From contig CAJFCJ010000029.1 in NCBI GenBank assembly GCA_904063045.1, positions 124,001 to 188,000 on the forward strand: a DNA stretch of 64,000 bases, written 5' to 3'. The translations under genes were made by a program, and so were the position numbers. Shown in pieces: positions 1 to 12,700 of the stretch (position 1 is its first letter; every line of letters starts with the position of its first letter). This DNA is from Dimorphilus gyrociliatus (lineage: Eukaryota > Animalia > Annelida). The notes beneath the pieces were generated by a model that did not search any database, was not told the origin of the DNA, and worked only from the letters and a program-made list of their open reading frames with translations.

Positions 1-1496
1 ATAGATATGGCAGACAAAGGTCTGTTTTCAGGTTATGAGATAGCAGATGAAGTATTATATTCTCAATCAGCTTTTTTATGCATAAATCAACATGCAGTTA
101 GATTCGATTAGTAGTCTTTGAGTTCAAATAAAAACTGAACACATTTCTTTAGCGCCACTTTGAACAAGCAAATTAATCTGACCTATAGTCCTAAAAAAAT
201 CATTATGTGAGTAAGGAAATTATAAAAGAAACTGTGTTTTCACATCGTAACAAAAGTGGTATATGGGCCTATAGGCCGAAAAAGTAGGTAAGAACGAAAT
301 AGGTAGGACTTTGAAAGGTCACTTGAAAGGGAATTAGATATTAGAGTATAATATAGAAAAGAATAGAGAAAAGAAAAAACGCGCCAGAGAGAGAAGAATA
401 AGGGCTAAGAGCCAGTGGGATTGAGTGAAAAAGAATAAAAAGGGGAGTAATTTATCTCATTATCTTTTAGTCTTTCGGAATCTTATGCAACATTGCAACG
501 CTTCGAGCACAAAATGCATTAGCATTGTTTATGAAAATACAGCGAAATATCAGAATAAACCAAATAATGAGTAGTGAAAAGTTTAGGGCATACACTGTAT
601 TATAGATTGCAAATACTAAATATACAGTATATACATAGAGAGAGGGAGAGAGAGAAATTTGAGAATATTTGCCTACAATAAGTTTATATAACTATCTGTA
701 GAAAGAATATTAAAATGCAATATGAATAAAAATTATTTAATATTTTCTCTTTCAATCATCCCATTCACCTAGACTTCCACTTACATGCATTTATTTCTCT
801 CTTCCCTCTTTCTCTTTACTCCGTCAGCTTCTCATTAATTCCTTCCTCCTACCGCCTTTCCTCTATGTCTTTCTATGCTCGTCTTCTCTCTTTCTCTCTT
901 TCTCATTCTCTATTTCTATCTATCTAACCTACTCCTTTTTCTTAGCTGACAAGATTATTCTCTTTTTTATAATCTCGTATTAAAGAAAGACAAAACTAAA
1001 AAGAAATGAAAGTACTCTTTTTTTCCTTTTTTGCAAGTTATAGAGTGTTTTTTTTATTAGATAGATAGTAAATAATATTTAAATAATTTAATTTCTTTTC
1101 ACATATAAGCAAAGTTGTTAATGGTGTTTTTTTTCCTTCCTTTTATAGCATAGTAAATTCTGGAGTAAATAGATATATAGATTTTCATGTATAATACTAC
1201 TTACTCTCTTTCATCGTCTTCTTCCTCTTCCTTTTCTGTATTATATTCTAATACTTTTTATAAACAATAAGCATGTTATTTTGTAGCAATTACAATTGAA
1301 CAATTATGCATTATGTATATCTATTGGTTTAAGAGTTTTGGATTAAAATCATTATAAATAATTAAAAAAAGGGATAATAGATTATTTCTAGTATAAAAGA
1401 ATATTTTAGATCTCTTTCTATACCTACTTTGATCATTTATTTCATCTTCTTGGAACTTTTCATACAGTATTCTAAATCGGCTGAAAATTTGAAAAT

Positions 1497-1558
1497 GCCG
1501 CCATTTTGCTATACGGACATAACGTCATCCAGAGGGAGTGTTTTGCCAAAGTTCCGGT
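1497..1558. promoter_or_regulatory. Probable UBE2W promoter elements: YY1-type motif and ETS-type core
   Basis: GCCGCCATTTTG at 1497-1508 matches the YY1 consensus (reverse of CAAAATGGCGGC). TTCCGGT at 1552-1558 is an ETS core. Both lie in a GC-richer patch ~400 bp upstream of the UBE2W ATG. A GTAAGT donor at 1604 and a TTTTTTTAG acceptor ending at 1843 suggest a 5'UTR intron. Confidence 0.5.
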
Positions 1559-1929
1559 TTTCCATTAAATGCTAGTTAATAATCATTATTTTAAGGGAAG
1601 AATGTAAGTATATTTCTATTAAAATTGACAGAATCCCTTATACTACATTTAATAGGAAATAATTAGCGACCTTAGCCATTGAAAACTGTATTTTAATTCG
1701 GAGAGAATCTCATTAAATGAATATCTGCTGTAATTTCGTAATAGAATTCTCGATTAATCCATTCGATTATTTCTCTAATTTCGCGAATTGTGCAATCATA
1801 CTAGTAAATAACAGAATGACAGTTGAAATCGTTATTTTTTTAGGGAAAACTTTAACTAAAAGACTTCTAAGCCGATAATCTAATCAACCGTTAGAAAATC
1901 TTAAAATTTAGCCATCACGAACAAGCAAA

Positions 1930-2376
1930 ATGGAGAGGAGATTAAGAAAAGAGTTGACAAACCTTATAAAAGATCCCCCAGATGGTATTGTTGTTGACCC
2001 GGACAAAATTTCTCAAAATATTACGGAATGGACTGTTGATGTGAAGGGAGCTGAGGGTACATTGTATCAAGGAGAGAAATTCACACTACAGTTCAAATTC
2101 GGCAGTAAATATCCATTTGATTCTCCACAAGTCATGTTTGTAGGAAAACACGTTCCTGAACATCCTCACATATACAGTAACGGTCACATATGTTTGTCAA
2201 TTTTATCTGATGATTGGTCACCAGCGCTATCGGTTCAATCTATCTGCTTATCGATTTTAAGTATGCTGAGTAGCTGTTCGGAAAAGAAAAGACCACCAGA
2301 TGATATGTTCTACGTTAGAACAGCTAGTAAGAATCCAAAAAGAACGCAATGGCTCTTTCACGATGATACTGTTTGA
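1930..2376 (+). CDS. UBE2W: Ubiquitin-conjugating enzyme E2 W (148 aa, intronless CDS)
   Basis: Full UBC fold with HPHIYSNGHICLSIL (catalytic Cys), DWSPALSVQSICLSILSMLSSC and the UBE2W-type C-terminus KKRPPDDMFYVRTASKNPKRTQWLFHDDTV. Confidence 0.95.
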   Translation: MERRLRKELTNLIKDPPDGIVVDPDKISQNITEWTVDVKGAEGTLYQGEKFTLQFKFGSKYPFDSPQVMFVGKHVPEHPHIYSNGHICLSILSDDWSPALSVQSICLSILSMLSSCSEKKRPPDDMFYVRTASKNPKRTQWLFHDDTV

Positions 2377-4691
2377 GCAGACTATATTGATTGTGGCTTA
2401 GGAGTAATTGGCCGATTTTATATGTAGTACCTAATAATTGTTCTTATGTGCTTGTACTGCATTATGAAATCATTGAAAGTCCTCTAAATACGGTTATGAT
2501 TTATATATTTTCTTGTTTATTTTTTTCGACCAAAAAATTTATATATTTAATAGAAAAGAAGCGGAAAATCTTTGAGATTCCGTGATCCTATATCGATCTT
2601 AGTTTTAGACAAATGACGATTTGTACCAGATAAGGATAATCCCTTAGAGCAATGTGTTTCCAATCTAGCTTTGCTCTATATCAGGAAACTTGGAATAAAA
2701 TAAAGAACCAAAAATTTTGTTAAGTAAAAAAAAAAGAAGCTTTCTCGGACAGAACAGAATATTTTTTGTGTCTTTTTTTATTAGTTTCATTATTTTTCTT
2801 AGAATTACAAAGTGCACTTGAAAATGTTGAAAAAAATTTCATTTTAATTATAAAGTATGTTCAAATCTCCTTCCATAAACGTATTATTAAATGTTAATTT
2901 TCTATATTTACAATTTCTCTCTATTTATCTATCTATCCTTTACTGTTTCTGTAACTGCCTCTTCTTTTTTTATCTAATTTAATTTAAGTAAATTATTGTA
3001 TTAGTTGTTTATCGTACTATACAAAGGCAGTTGCCATTTTTAATTATTAAAAAATTGAATTATTTGGTTACGTAGTTAGTATTTTAATGTCTAGAGCTTC
3101 AACTTTGATGTATGATAATTGTTCTTTTTTTTTCTTGCTGTTTTCAAAATTGCATCAAATCACTATTTTTAGATGAAAAAAAAAAAGAAACGAAGAATTT
3201 TTACCAACTTTGTCGTCATTGTAGCCCTTTTAACAGTCTACAAATCTTGTTTAAAAGAATCTACAAGTGTTGTAATTAAAAGAACAGTGAAGGAGATTGA
3301 TATTTTAATTCAAGAAGAAAAAGGGAATTGAATTGTTTGAAACAGAATTTTATATTTAGCAAAACAAATGAAAGCAAACTATTTAGTGAATTTTTTCAAA
3401 AATTTTACAAATTGTTAATAATTTTCTTTAAATAAATTATTAATTATTATTAAATTAGTATTACGTTAATAAAATATTTATATTCTTGGATTTTTATTGG
3501 TTGTATATACTTTTTAAACGCTTTATTTTCTAGGTTATTTTTTATAGAATAAAATATAAAGTAAGGCACTCACGTGATTTTTCTTATACAAAGAAAACTT
3601 GATAATGATTCATTACCAGTGTATTTTCACTCAATTATATGTTTTAAAAGACTTTTTATATACAATATATGTATTAATAAAAGTGCGTTTATTTTCTTTA
3701 TCAATTAACATCTTTAACATCTTTTTAAGGTTATATTCGATTTTTAATTATTAATCGACTCCGTAATGGAAATTAAATATTCCATAAAGGTTTATACTAT
3801 TTCGTACAATACGCGCATAGTCTACTATCTATGGAATTCACACCAATTTCAATAAGCGTAATGTGCCCGTATAGATTGTTCCAATAACATTAGCTGGAAA
3901 AAAGAGAGAGACTTGAATTGATAAATACAGGTAGAGATGTTTTGTATTCAGAAAACGTGCAATTTCTTATATGCCCTACCTTCCTCCTCTCCCTTCTTCT
4001 CTACTTCTTTCTTTGACGCTTATTCTTTCTCTTCCTCTCCCCCTCTTTCTATTATTGTTTGGCTCCCCTCTTCCCTCTCAAGCTCTTTTCTCCCTATGAA
4101 AGTATACTAATAAAACATTCGTCAGAAGAGGATGGAAGCTGTTTTTCCCTCCTCTTTTTTGGATGGAAAATAGCCAAAAAATAATAGAGACAGTTTCTGT
4201 CCTAAATTTCTCCCATCTTTTGACAATATCTCCTCCCGATGCTTTACACTGCACGTATTTTTTCTACAAATGATAGAGTCGTAATAGCTTAACAACATCT
4301 TACATTGCAAATGCATAATAATATCGATAAAGGAGATATAAAATATGAATTATGAATAACACTAGGATTAATATTATCGTCAAATTGTTCTAAGAACCTT
4401 TTAATATAGGAGAAGAGAAGATATTCAATACTTTTTTATTTTCACTACGCCTATATAAGAATATGGGAATAGAGAGAAGAAAGAAAGTACATAAAAATTA
4501 TACAGATTTTAAAAGAGAGAAAGAGAGAAAAGAAAATAAGCTGAAGAAAATGTAGATGGAGAAGTTTTCCCTTAAATTTATTACGTTTGTCTAAGAAAAT
4601 GGGCTCCTTGTGAATTTATGGTATCAGCAAGCTGTTACGTGTTTCTTTCTTAGTTTCCCCCAGCTTCTCTTTCTCTCTTTCCCTCTCTCTA

Positions 4692-4692
<1 letters not shown>

Positions 4693-4726
<34 letters not shown>
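4693..4726. repeat. (TG)17 microsatellite
   Basis: Perfect dinucleotide run, followed by (TA)n and (CT)n tracts to ~4940. Confidence 0.95.
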
Positions 4727-4729
<3 letters not shown>

Positions 4730-4907
4730 GTATATATGTATAAATTTATATATACTGTATATATATATATATATATATCTGTCTTTCTCTCGCTATAAAT
4801 ATCTTTATCTTTCTTTTTCCATTTCTTTCACTCTCCCCTCCCTCTTTCCATTACTATCTCTCTCTGTGTCTTTTTTCTCCTATCTTTCTTTTTCCTTTAT
4901 TTCCCCA

Positions 4908-4941
<34 letters not shown>

Positions 4942-7087
4942 TTTATATTCCATCTCTAACTCCTCTTCCCCAGCCATTTTTCATCTTAGAACTTTGTTGT
5001 TTAAACATAAAATATATACAATTTACTATTTAGATAATTCTTATACTATTAAACAAAGTTTAGTTCTTGAAGATTTCTCCGTGTGAAAAGTTTGTTTATA
5101 GAATTGGTTCTAAGAAAAAAAATATCTATATCATCTTTCTCTTTTCTTCTGTTATGTTGAATGAACTAGTTTAGAGTTTGTACCAAAAACGCATCACTTT
5201 TCGTATTGAACTTATTTATTAGTATAATAGAGTAACGTGGCAAATAATTACTGTAAATTTACAAGCTTAATACACAAAAAAGGGGGATTGGGGGAAACGG
5301 AAAGGATCAAATGAAGAGAGAGCGTTGTATTAAGAAGTTTTTTTTTCTGGCAATTTACACGTAAAAGTAATTGAATGATGAGTGAATTAGCAGGTTTTTC
5401 ACCTCAATCGTTCAGCTGATTATCCATAAAACGAACTTCTTGTTAAAAACCAAGAAATGGGTGTGTCGTTTGTAAACCTTTTAATTCTTCCAACCATATC
5501 GTTAGCAAAAAATAAACAAATTTTCCCCTTCCCAACATCCGATTTTTCCAGACGCTTGTTAGTACTGTTTGTAAACGTTGAAAATGCCGAACGCAGTTTT
5601 CTGTCTAGGTGAAAAAGTCATGTTGATCGTAAGTAAGGTAGCATTTCACGATGAATAGGGAAACCCCTAGATAACTTAAAAACTCTTAAGAGTAGCCCCT
5701 GATTGTCCATGTACTTAATGATGCGCCTCAATGATCATTGCCTTTACAATATAACATCACTTATTAGGCTTCGCCGATTCTACACCTTGACAATATATTC
5801 AAAACTTTCTTTTCTCTAAAGTCAAACGTCTTGCGTTTCTTTTTATCGTAGCACGCCTTAGTAAGAGTATTTCAACTATGTTATAAATATATTTGTACAG
5901 TGTATACATTATATATATACAAAATTACAGGATGATAATCATGTATTATTGATATTATTATTACATAAGACCAAGTAGAAAAAAAACTTTAAGGCATTTA
6001 ATAATGAAAATATGAATGCATTTTTATGAATGCAGTAATGATTTAATGATGAAAACATATAAATAAACTGTTAAAATACATATATATATATAAACAAATG
6101 GAAACAATAGTGACGAATCCTAAAGATTTCACTGAGAAACATACAGTACTTATTTCAATGAAGTATGATTATAGAATGCTATATAATTGATATACATATA
6201 GTTTTTATACTTGAACATTTATTTACATAAAAACATAGTAAGACATCTATACAGCATTTTCTGGATGAAAAGAATCTGCGAGATATAGGTCTATTAAGCG
6301 CTGCTCCTTTAGGAAAAAAAGAAAGAAAATATGGACATATTTACAACACTCAGACTTTTGATCTCTTTCGAAAAAGAGAGAAATAATTTGCCAAGACAGC
6401 TAATGTCTATCCTCAAGCAAGAATCTCAATTTGTCAAGGCAATTGATATTACGCAGGAAAGAGTTCAAAACCCTGATTAAACGATTTATATATACCATGG
6501 TACTAAATAATGAAATTTATTCATTCTATATATTGCGTTTTTATGGCTTTTTTTATTATTTAAATAGTATTACTTTTCATTTATGTTTTTAAAACAGGCA
6601 CCCCTATAGTAAGTGACGCTTTTTCAGCCTCGCGATCATTCATGAAGAAGGTATCTGACACTTTCACTCTATAGATAAAAAGTTATTGAAACTATGCAAA
6701 TATCAAAACAAACAAACTTTTCATCACTTTTAATAAAGTAAGCTCTTTTGCAAATAGCATTTGAAAAAACTAAAAGATAACTAATGAGAGAAGAAAGATC
6801 ATGTGACCGATGGCATATTGGATTATATAAGCAAATATACAGTGTATATTATATACGATATATATCGCTATAAAGATAAATATAAATTTATATCATATAT
6901 ATATATAGGACTAATCATATGCAGTACGCACATATGATATATCGTATGAAACATACATTTAGAAGGTGGCTTAAATATTAGATAAGTGCTTTTATATTCC
7001 GCAAGAGGCTTGCCGGTTGTCTTCCATTAAGCAATGCTGAAAAACTAAACACCCACAAAATATCTTGTCGTCCGCAGCCGCTTTCTT

Positions 7088-8209
7088 TTATAAATCCTCT
7101 TCCTCATTTAAATTTTGCTTTTCCTCTTCAACAGGTACTCTTTCACCATTTCTTAATAGGTTCGTTGTAGCTGAGGGCCTAACTTCCATCCCTCTAATAT
7201 TGGTTCTTTCGTAATCCGTCATACGAGTTAAACGGAGCCTTCCACAGCTGAGTACTTGTCGGAAGCTTTTTCGAAAGTTTTCTGACAAAAAGGCATAAAG
7301 GACGGGATTAATGCAGGAATTACCATAGGCCAAGATTGCGGCTGCGACATGAACTAAATGCCATTCCATATTTTCTGGGAAGGCATCCCATGCCCTTGTG
7401 GTAAAAACCAACTGAATAGGCAACCAGCAGAATATGAAGCAGACGATAACGATAATAATCATACGCGTTACTCGCCGTTTGCTACGTAACGCCTCACGAC
7501 TTTGATTTCCTCCGGGTACGGCTCCGAATAAGAGACGTCTGAGCATTAAGCCATAGAGAACGCAGATTAGCAGAACAGGGAGGCAAAATCCGAATACGCA
7601 AAAGCAAGTGTAAAATATACGTTTCTTTATTATCCTTATTGTCATGCCTTTATCATAGAGAACCATATGAATACACATACTTCTATTCTCTCCAGAATGG
7701 TTGTATGGCACAAAATTAAAGTCATTCCAAGAAGGGGCATTGCTACCCACAACTACTACCCAGAGAGTAACAATAAAGATGACTGCATTTTTTGTAGTAC
7801 GAAAACGCATTGATGAAATGGCATGGACGACTGCCAGATAACGATCGAAGCTCATGAGTACGAGAGTATAGATGCTAATATAGACAGTTATGAATTGAAA
7901 AGCAAGGTGTAATCGGCACATAAAAGTTCCTGCAACCCATTCATGTAAAATGTAAACGCTAACCATATTGGCTGGAATACAGAAAATAAGGAAGATGAGA
8001 TCGGCAAGTGACAAATTCAATATGAGCAGATTTGTTGTGTTCCTCATTTGTTTATTCGTAGCTATTACAAAAATAACTAAAGAATTTCCAATTAAGCCTA
8101 CGATGAGCGTTATGATAAAGGATATCGGTACGAAGACGCGGAGAAGCGTTTCATAGGCAACATCACTCGCATTATTATGTGTATTATTATTTCCCGTAGC
8201 GTTTTGCAT
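7088..8209 (-). CDS. AstA-R: Rhodopsin-class neuropeptide GPCR, allatostatin-A/galanin receptor family (373 aa, single coding exon)
   Basis: Seven hydrophobic segments with NTTNLLILNLSLADL (TM2), LVLMSFDRYLAVVH (DRY), KRRVTRMIIIV and CWLP (TM6), and AYGNSCINPVLYAFLSENFRKSF (NPxxY plus the AstA/galanin-type tail). N-terminal N-glycosylation sequons. The ATG is directly preceded by a splice acceptor (TTCTTTACAG|ATG). Confidence 0.9.
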   Translation of the reverse strand: MQNATGNNNTHNNASDVAYETLLRVFVPISFIITLIVGLIGNSLVIFVIATNKQMRNTTNLLILNLSLADLIFLIFCIPANMVSVYILHEWVAGTFMCRLHLAFQFITVYISIYTLVLMSFDRYLAVVHAISSMRFRTTKNAVIFIVTLWVVVVGSNAPSWNDFNFVPYNHSGENRSMCIHMVLYDKGMTIRIIKKRIFYTCFCVFGFCLPVLLICVLYGLMLRRLLFGAVPGGNQSREALRSKRRVTRMIIIVIVCFIFCWLPIQLVFTTRAWDAFPENMEWHLVHVAAAILAYGNSCINPVLYAFLSENFRKSFRQVLSCGRLRLTRMTDYERTNIRGMEVRPSATTNLLRNGERVPVEEEKQNLNEEEDL

Positions 8210-9699
8210 CTGTAAAGAACATTTTATTATATTTTCTATAAAAGTAGTGTAAAGCGAAGGTCGTAAGGTCTAACTGGAATAAAAGGGACTTTAAGATAGC
8301 CTTAGGGCGTCTAATTAGAACAGCCAGACGTTCATATCTAATCTGTCTCTAACGCAATTCATGACAGGTGCTACTTTTTCCTCGCAAAGAAATAAAAAAT
8401 CGAAATTTTTGCAAGGAGCACGTAGGCAATTATCTTGTATTTATTTTACTTGGAAAGACAAGACAAGACTGAACGTAAAAAGAAGTCAAGTATTCCTTTT
8501 ACACTACGCATCTACTCCACCTCCGACCCCGCCCCCTACTCCCTTTGAAGGCTATTTCATTTTCGGAATCAACCCGTTTAGAGTTAGACCGCACGTTGCA
8601 AATTTACTAGCCTCATAAATATTCATCGCTTTTCTTCGATAATCTTATCTTAGGCAAACTCGGCTACTATGCTTATAATATTTATTTTTTCTTATGTCTT
8701 AAATGCCTACTTTCGTTTAGATTAAAGGCTTTCGGACAGAGAATTTCTTCAAAGTTCGATTGAGGATTGTTTAACAATACAACTAGGAATCTTGGTAAAA
8801 GGTTAAAAAAATAATCGGTTCCCTTACATCGCCAAAAAGAAAAAGGGAGAGGAAGAGGGAGAAAGAGCGAGAGAGAGAGAGAGGAGAGAGAAAAGCTATT
8901 GAATACCCATACATGCATATTTTCATGCCATCTTCAATTAATTCCTTAACAAGTTGTCTTAAAGAAAAGTAGAAAAAAAACTCTTTAGACGTATTAGATT
9001 ATTGACTAGGGAAACAGCTGCGAATAAATTAAATTTCCCTTATTTTAAAAACATTAGAGGAATCGTATGTATAATTAAAAGAAAATAGATTCATCTTATC
9101 ATCAATTATCTATTGACTTTATAACTTAATGTTTATTTTATGCTTTTGTACAAATGTTGTAGTAGATCATTCCGTACATGTGACGGTATTATTAATAAAA
9201 AATATTATATCTATCTCTTTCTCCTAAAAATGAAATTAAAAAAAAACTAGTGTTTTTCTCTGTTACAAAATTTAACATTTCATACTTGAATTAGTAAATA
9301 AGCCTTTGAATGCGAAACTATCAATCACCAAGCGAATTTCAATAGATAAAAACATGGATGATAGTTATTGTATTTTTTTTCCTTTTTAATATAATATACT
9401 CTATTTTTGAACAGTGACAAACTCAATGGTTTTTATTTTTATGATCTCTTCTTTATAATAATAAAAAGTTTTGAATAGAAATAGATGAAAAGATCTAAAG
9501 AGAGCAAATTTCTTTACTGGATTATTTTAACTTTGTTTCATGCATGAATACTGTTTTCTAATTACAAATTGTTTGGTATTTGTGTTTTTTCTTCTTTTAT
9601 TCCACAAGATATTCGTGGAAGGAAATTACAAATGTTCAGAGTATTAAATTACAGTTTTAATCAAGTATGTAATACCATATTTTACCAAGAGACTATGCT

Positions 9700-9702
<3 letters not shown>

Positions 9703-9740
<38 letters not shown>
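9703..9740. repeat. (TA)19 microsatellite
   Basis: Perfect run, continuing into TGCAGTATATACAGTATATA. Confidence 0.95.
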
Positions 9741-9744
<4 letters not shown>

Positions 9745-12700
9745 GTATATACAGTATATATATATTTAATAGAAATGCTGTATGAATGTAAATTAAAGAA
9801 AGAATGCTTTTGTATTTGAAAAATTAATTATTCAAAACAACTAATTAATAAGCGATGCATGAATACATCATAGCAAATGGAAGAGATAGAGATAAAACTA
9901 CTGTAAGTATATATTACATTCATATATATATGCATATTATATATACTGTATATATATATATACGTTTTATATACAGTTACACTATACTGTATATATCTGA
10001 AATAATATCATGCGTATATTGTATATATCTGTTATGAAATAAGCCTTATACTCCTTTACAAAAATACCCGAAGGCAAAAACCAACTACAACTGCCGAATA
10101 AGTCGGTGGTAGTATAAGCCTGGCTTATTAGGCCTACAGCGACATCCGGAGGGACTAGTTATAAGAAAGAAAAGGTAAAGTTATCTGTACCTATAATTGA
10201 GAGTTGTAATTACGTAAAAGACTGCATGAGATTGCAAATAAAACTGCATGACTTTGCACGCGTCTACGCGTGTAAAAGCGCCTAACTTGGTGCCAAAATT
10301 TTACGGTTTCATAATTTAATAAAGACGACTAGCTGCGTGTGACTTGTTGCGTTGTTTTCTATTGCCTACGTATAATCTGACAGGGGCGTCAAGGCGTTCA
10401 ACAACAATTCTGTGGAAATATTCTCATTTTAAGTACTAGATATAGAAAGCATAGATAAATGTTTTTATCTGCTTATCTGAAAGGCATTATATTTCTTCAG
10501 TCTCATCCTATCTTCTACTTTTCGACGAATCTTTATATTTCTCGTTAAAGTATCTTTTGTTTACTAATCCAAATTATTCCCCCACACCCTCTCCTCTCTT
10601 CACCTCTCTCTCTTTCTTTTTACTCTCTCTCTCCCTCTCTTTCTCTCTCTCTCTCTCTGCACTTCTCTCTTTTCGTCCTAGCTCTTTATCTATCTATCTA
10701 TCTATGTATCTATCTCTCAATCCCTTTTTCTTTTCTTTCTTGCTCTCTCGCTTTCTCTTTCTCTCCCATTCTCTCTCAATCTCAAAGAGATGTATAGAGA
10801 ACATCTGTTAAAAGTCTGCATTCATATCTACGCCTGCAATAAATTTTTGTATTCTCAAGAACGAAAGCGATGCGAAGAGCAAGAAAAAAATGCAATGGGT
10901 TAGTGAAAGAAATAATAAATCGATTGTTTCGTAAATTTTTCTTCAAGATAAGTAAGAAGATTTACATCTGTTTGTTTATATATTTGTAAATTTGTGTATA
11001 TTTAGAAAATTTATAAACCAGATAAAGCGCGACTCATGCCGCTAAATTAGAATTGCAAATTTCAATATATGCTCTTGCTATGAAATGCTTTATGAAATTT
11101 ATAGCATTGATAATTGATGAGTATATACATATCTAGACTAATGGTGACAGCTAGATATATAAAACTATCATTATTTTTTTAAACAGCGAGAACTCTCTTA
11201 ATGTTTTTCGCCGCTAACCGAGTAATAGGAAGCATTGAAATTAGACGCCTTCCGCCTATTATTAACTTGTTGATAGTATTGATAAAAAATCAATGAGGAT
11301 GTTCCGAATAGAAAGTGTTTGATTGAAAAGGTTCAGTATAAGAAAACTGTAATTATACACTTTTTAATGATTTTTATATCGGCGGGTGTAGGATTCGGGC
11401 CTGTTATTATTATATAATGAATAGGTAATAAGAGATGCTAGGGATATTTCTGAGTGAATTGAATGTACTTACCTTAATTAAACGATAAAGCGATTTCAAT
11501 TAAGAAAAGCGCACCAATAATGTTCACTCCATTGCGGTCGTACGCCGAAGGACTTTTTTCAGTCGACCGCTCTACCAGTGCGCCCTCTATTCGTCAATTA
11601 GAGATTTAGACAGCTATGCCTTACTTGAAAAATTGATGCCAAACTTTACAAAACTAGCAATATTTGCGGGCGGCAAACGTTTGTCAAACCGTATCCGACT
11701 TATGCTTAGGTCTATTGTGTTGAAAATGGAAAATGAAATCTATTGTAAGATGGTTGATAAGAATCTCTATGGAAGGGTGTTTAGTTTATTTAAATATCAG
11801 AAAATGATTATACTAATTCAATTTTGAACTTTTCAACTCAATAAACTCGATTAAAATCTTAGGCAAGAATAAGAAAAGCACCTAAAGAGGTTAAAAACAA
11901 AAAGAAATAAAAGAGAATTAAAGATAATTTCTAGATAAAAGTAAAGAGTTTGCAAATTCTATTAAATATATTTCTGGTTTCTGTTCCTCTTCCCATCTTC
12001 CATTCCGTCTTCTTTAAATAGAAAGGCTCAGAAAGTGTGACAATCTTATGTAAACTCTTCATTTATTGCTTGATCCTGCATAGATTTTATTTTAGTGTTT
12101 TGACGCCCTTCCTTACATTTTCTTTATTCTATTTTAAGTAGGATATTTTGTGCATATTATGTCGTAACACTATATTGTTACTTTAAACAATACTGACGTT
12201 GTAATAGTATAAAAGTACATTATTGGCGCGCTTGTGAGGTTGAATTGGTTGAAAGCTCTTAGCCACTTCACGTCTCCTTACGCCTGCAAACTTTATAGGC
12301 CTAGTAAATGGACGAAAATATATACATGAACCAATCCAATCGAATAAAAATGGATTATTTGCCAGCAATCCCATTTGAAATAAAAAAAATAATTTACGCC
12401 TTTGATTTACCGGTAGTGACGTCTAGTAGTTTAAACTTTTCTCGCTTACCAGTGTATATATTGTACACAGACGTATCTTAAACATACATTGCTCCTAGAT
12501 GATAAGCAAACTGTAAATCCTTGCGTAATCTCTGGACAGTAGCAAAAATGAAGCCAATATAAAGATTTTGTAGACATATTACAAACAAAGTAGAAATAGA
12601 GTTCTCTAATAATTTGTGTAAGATGCTTTTCATTAATTTTTAAAATTAATTGAACTTATCACAATTCTTAGAATCACTTGTTCTCCCTTTTACGTTTATT

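Noticed and set aside
1-111. Open frame at the window start (IDMADKGLFSG...RFD*)
   Set aside because: Only 36 codons and no recognisable motif. It may be the end of an upstream gene but cannot be supported.
780-960. Long polypyrimidine tracts (also 10590-10780) as triplex/H-DNA elements
   Set aside because: Such tracts are ubiquitous in this window and show no specific mirror symmetry or association with genes.
1200-1505. Minus-strand divergent gene starting at ATGGCGGCA, with exon-like pieces (LYEKFQEDEINDQ / KEEEEDDERE*)
   Set aside because: The ATG frame stops after 10 codons and I could not link the other pieces to a start.
10557-10811. Leu/Ser-rich and Ile/Tyr-rich ORFs (also 4610, 9569, 49425, 53472, 58469)
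   Set aside because: Translations of (CT)n, (TA)n and (TG)n microsatellites.
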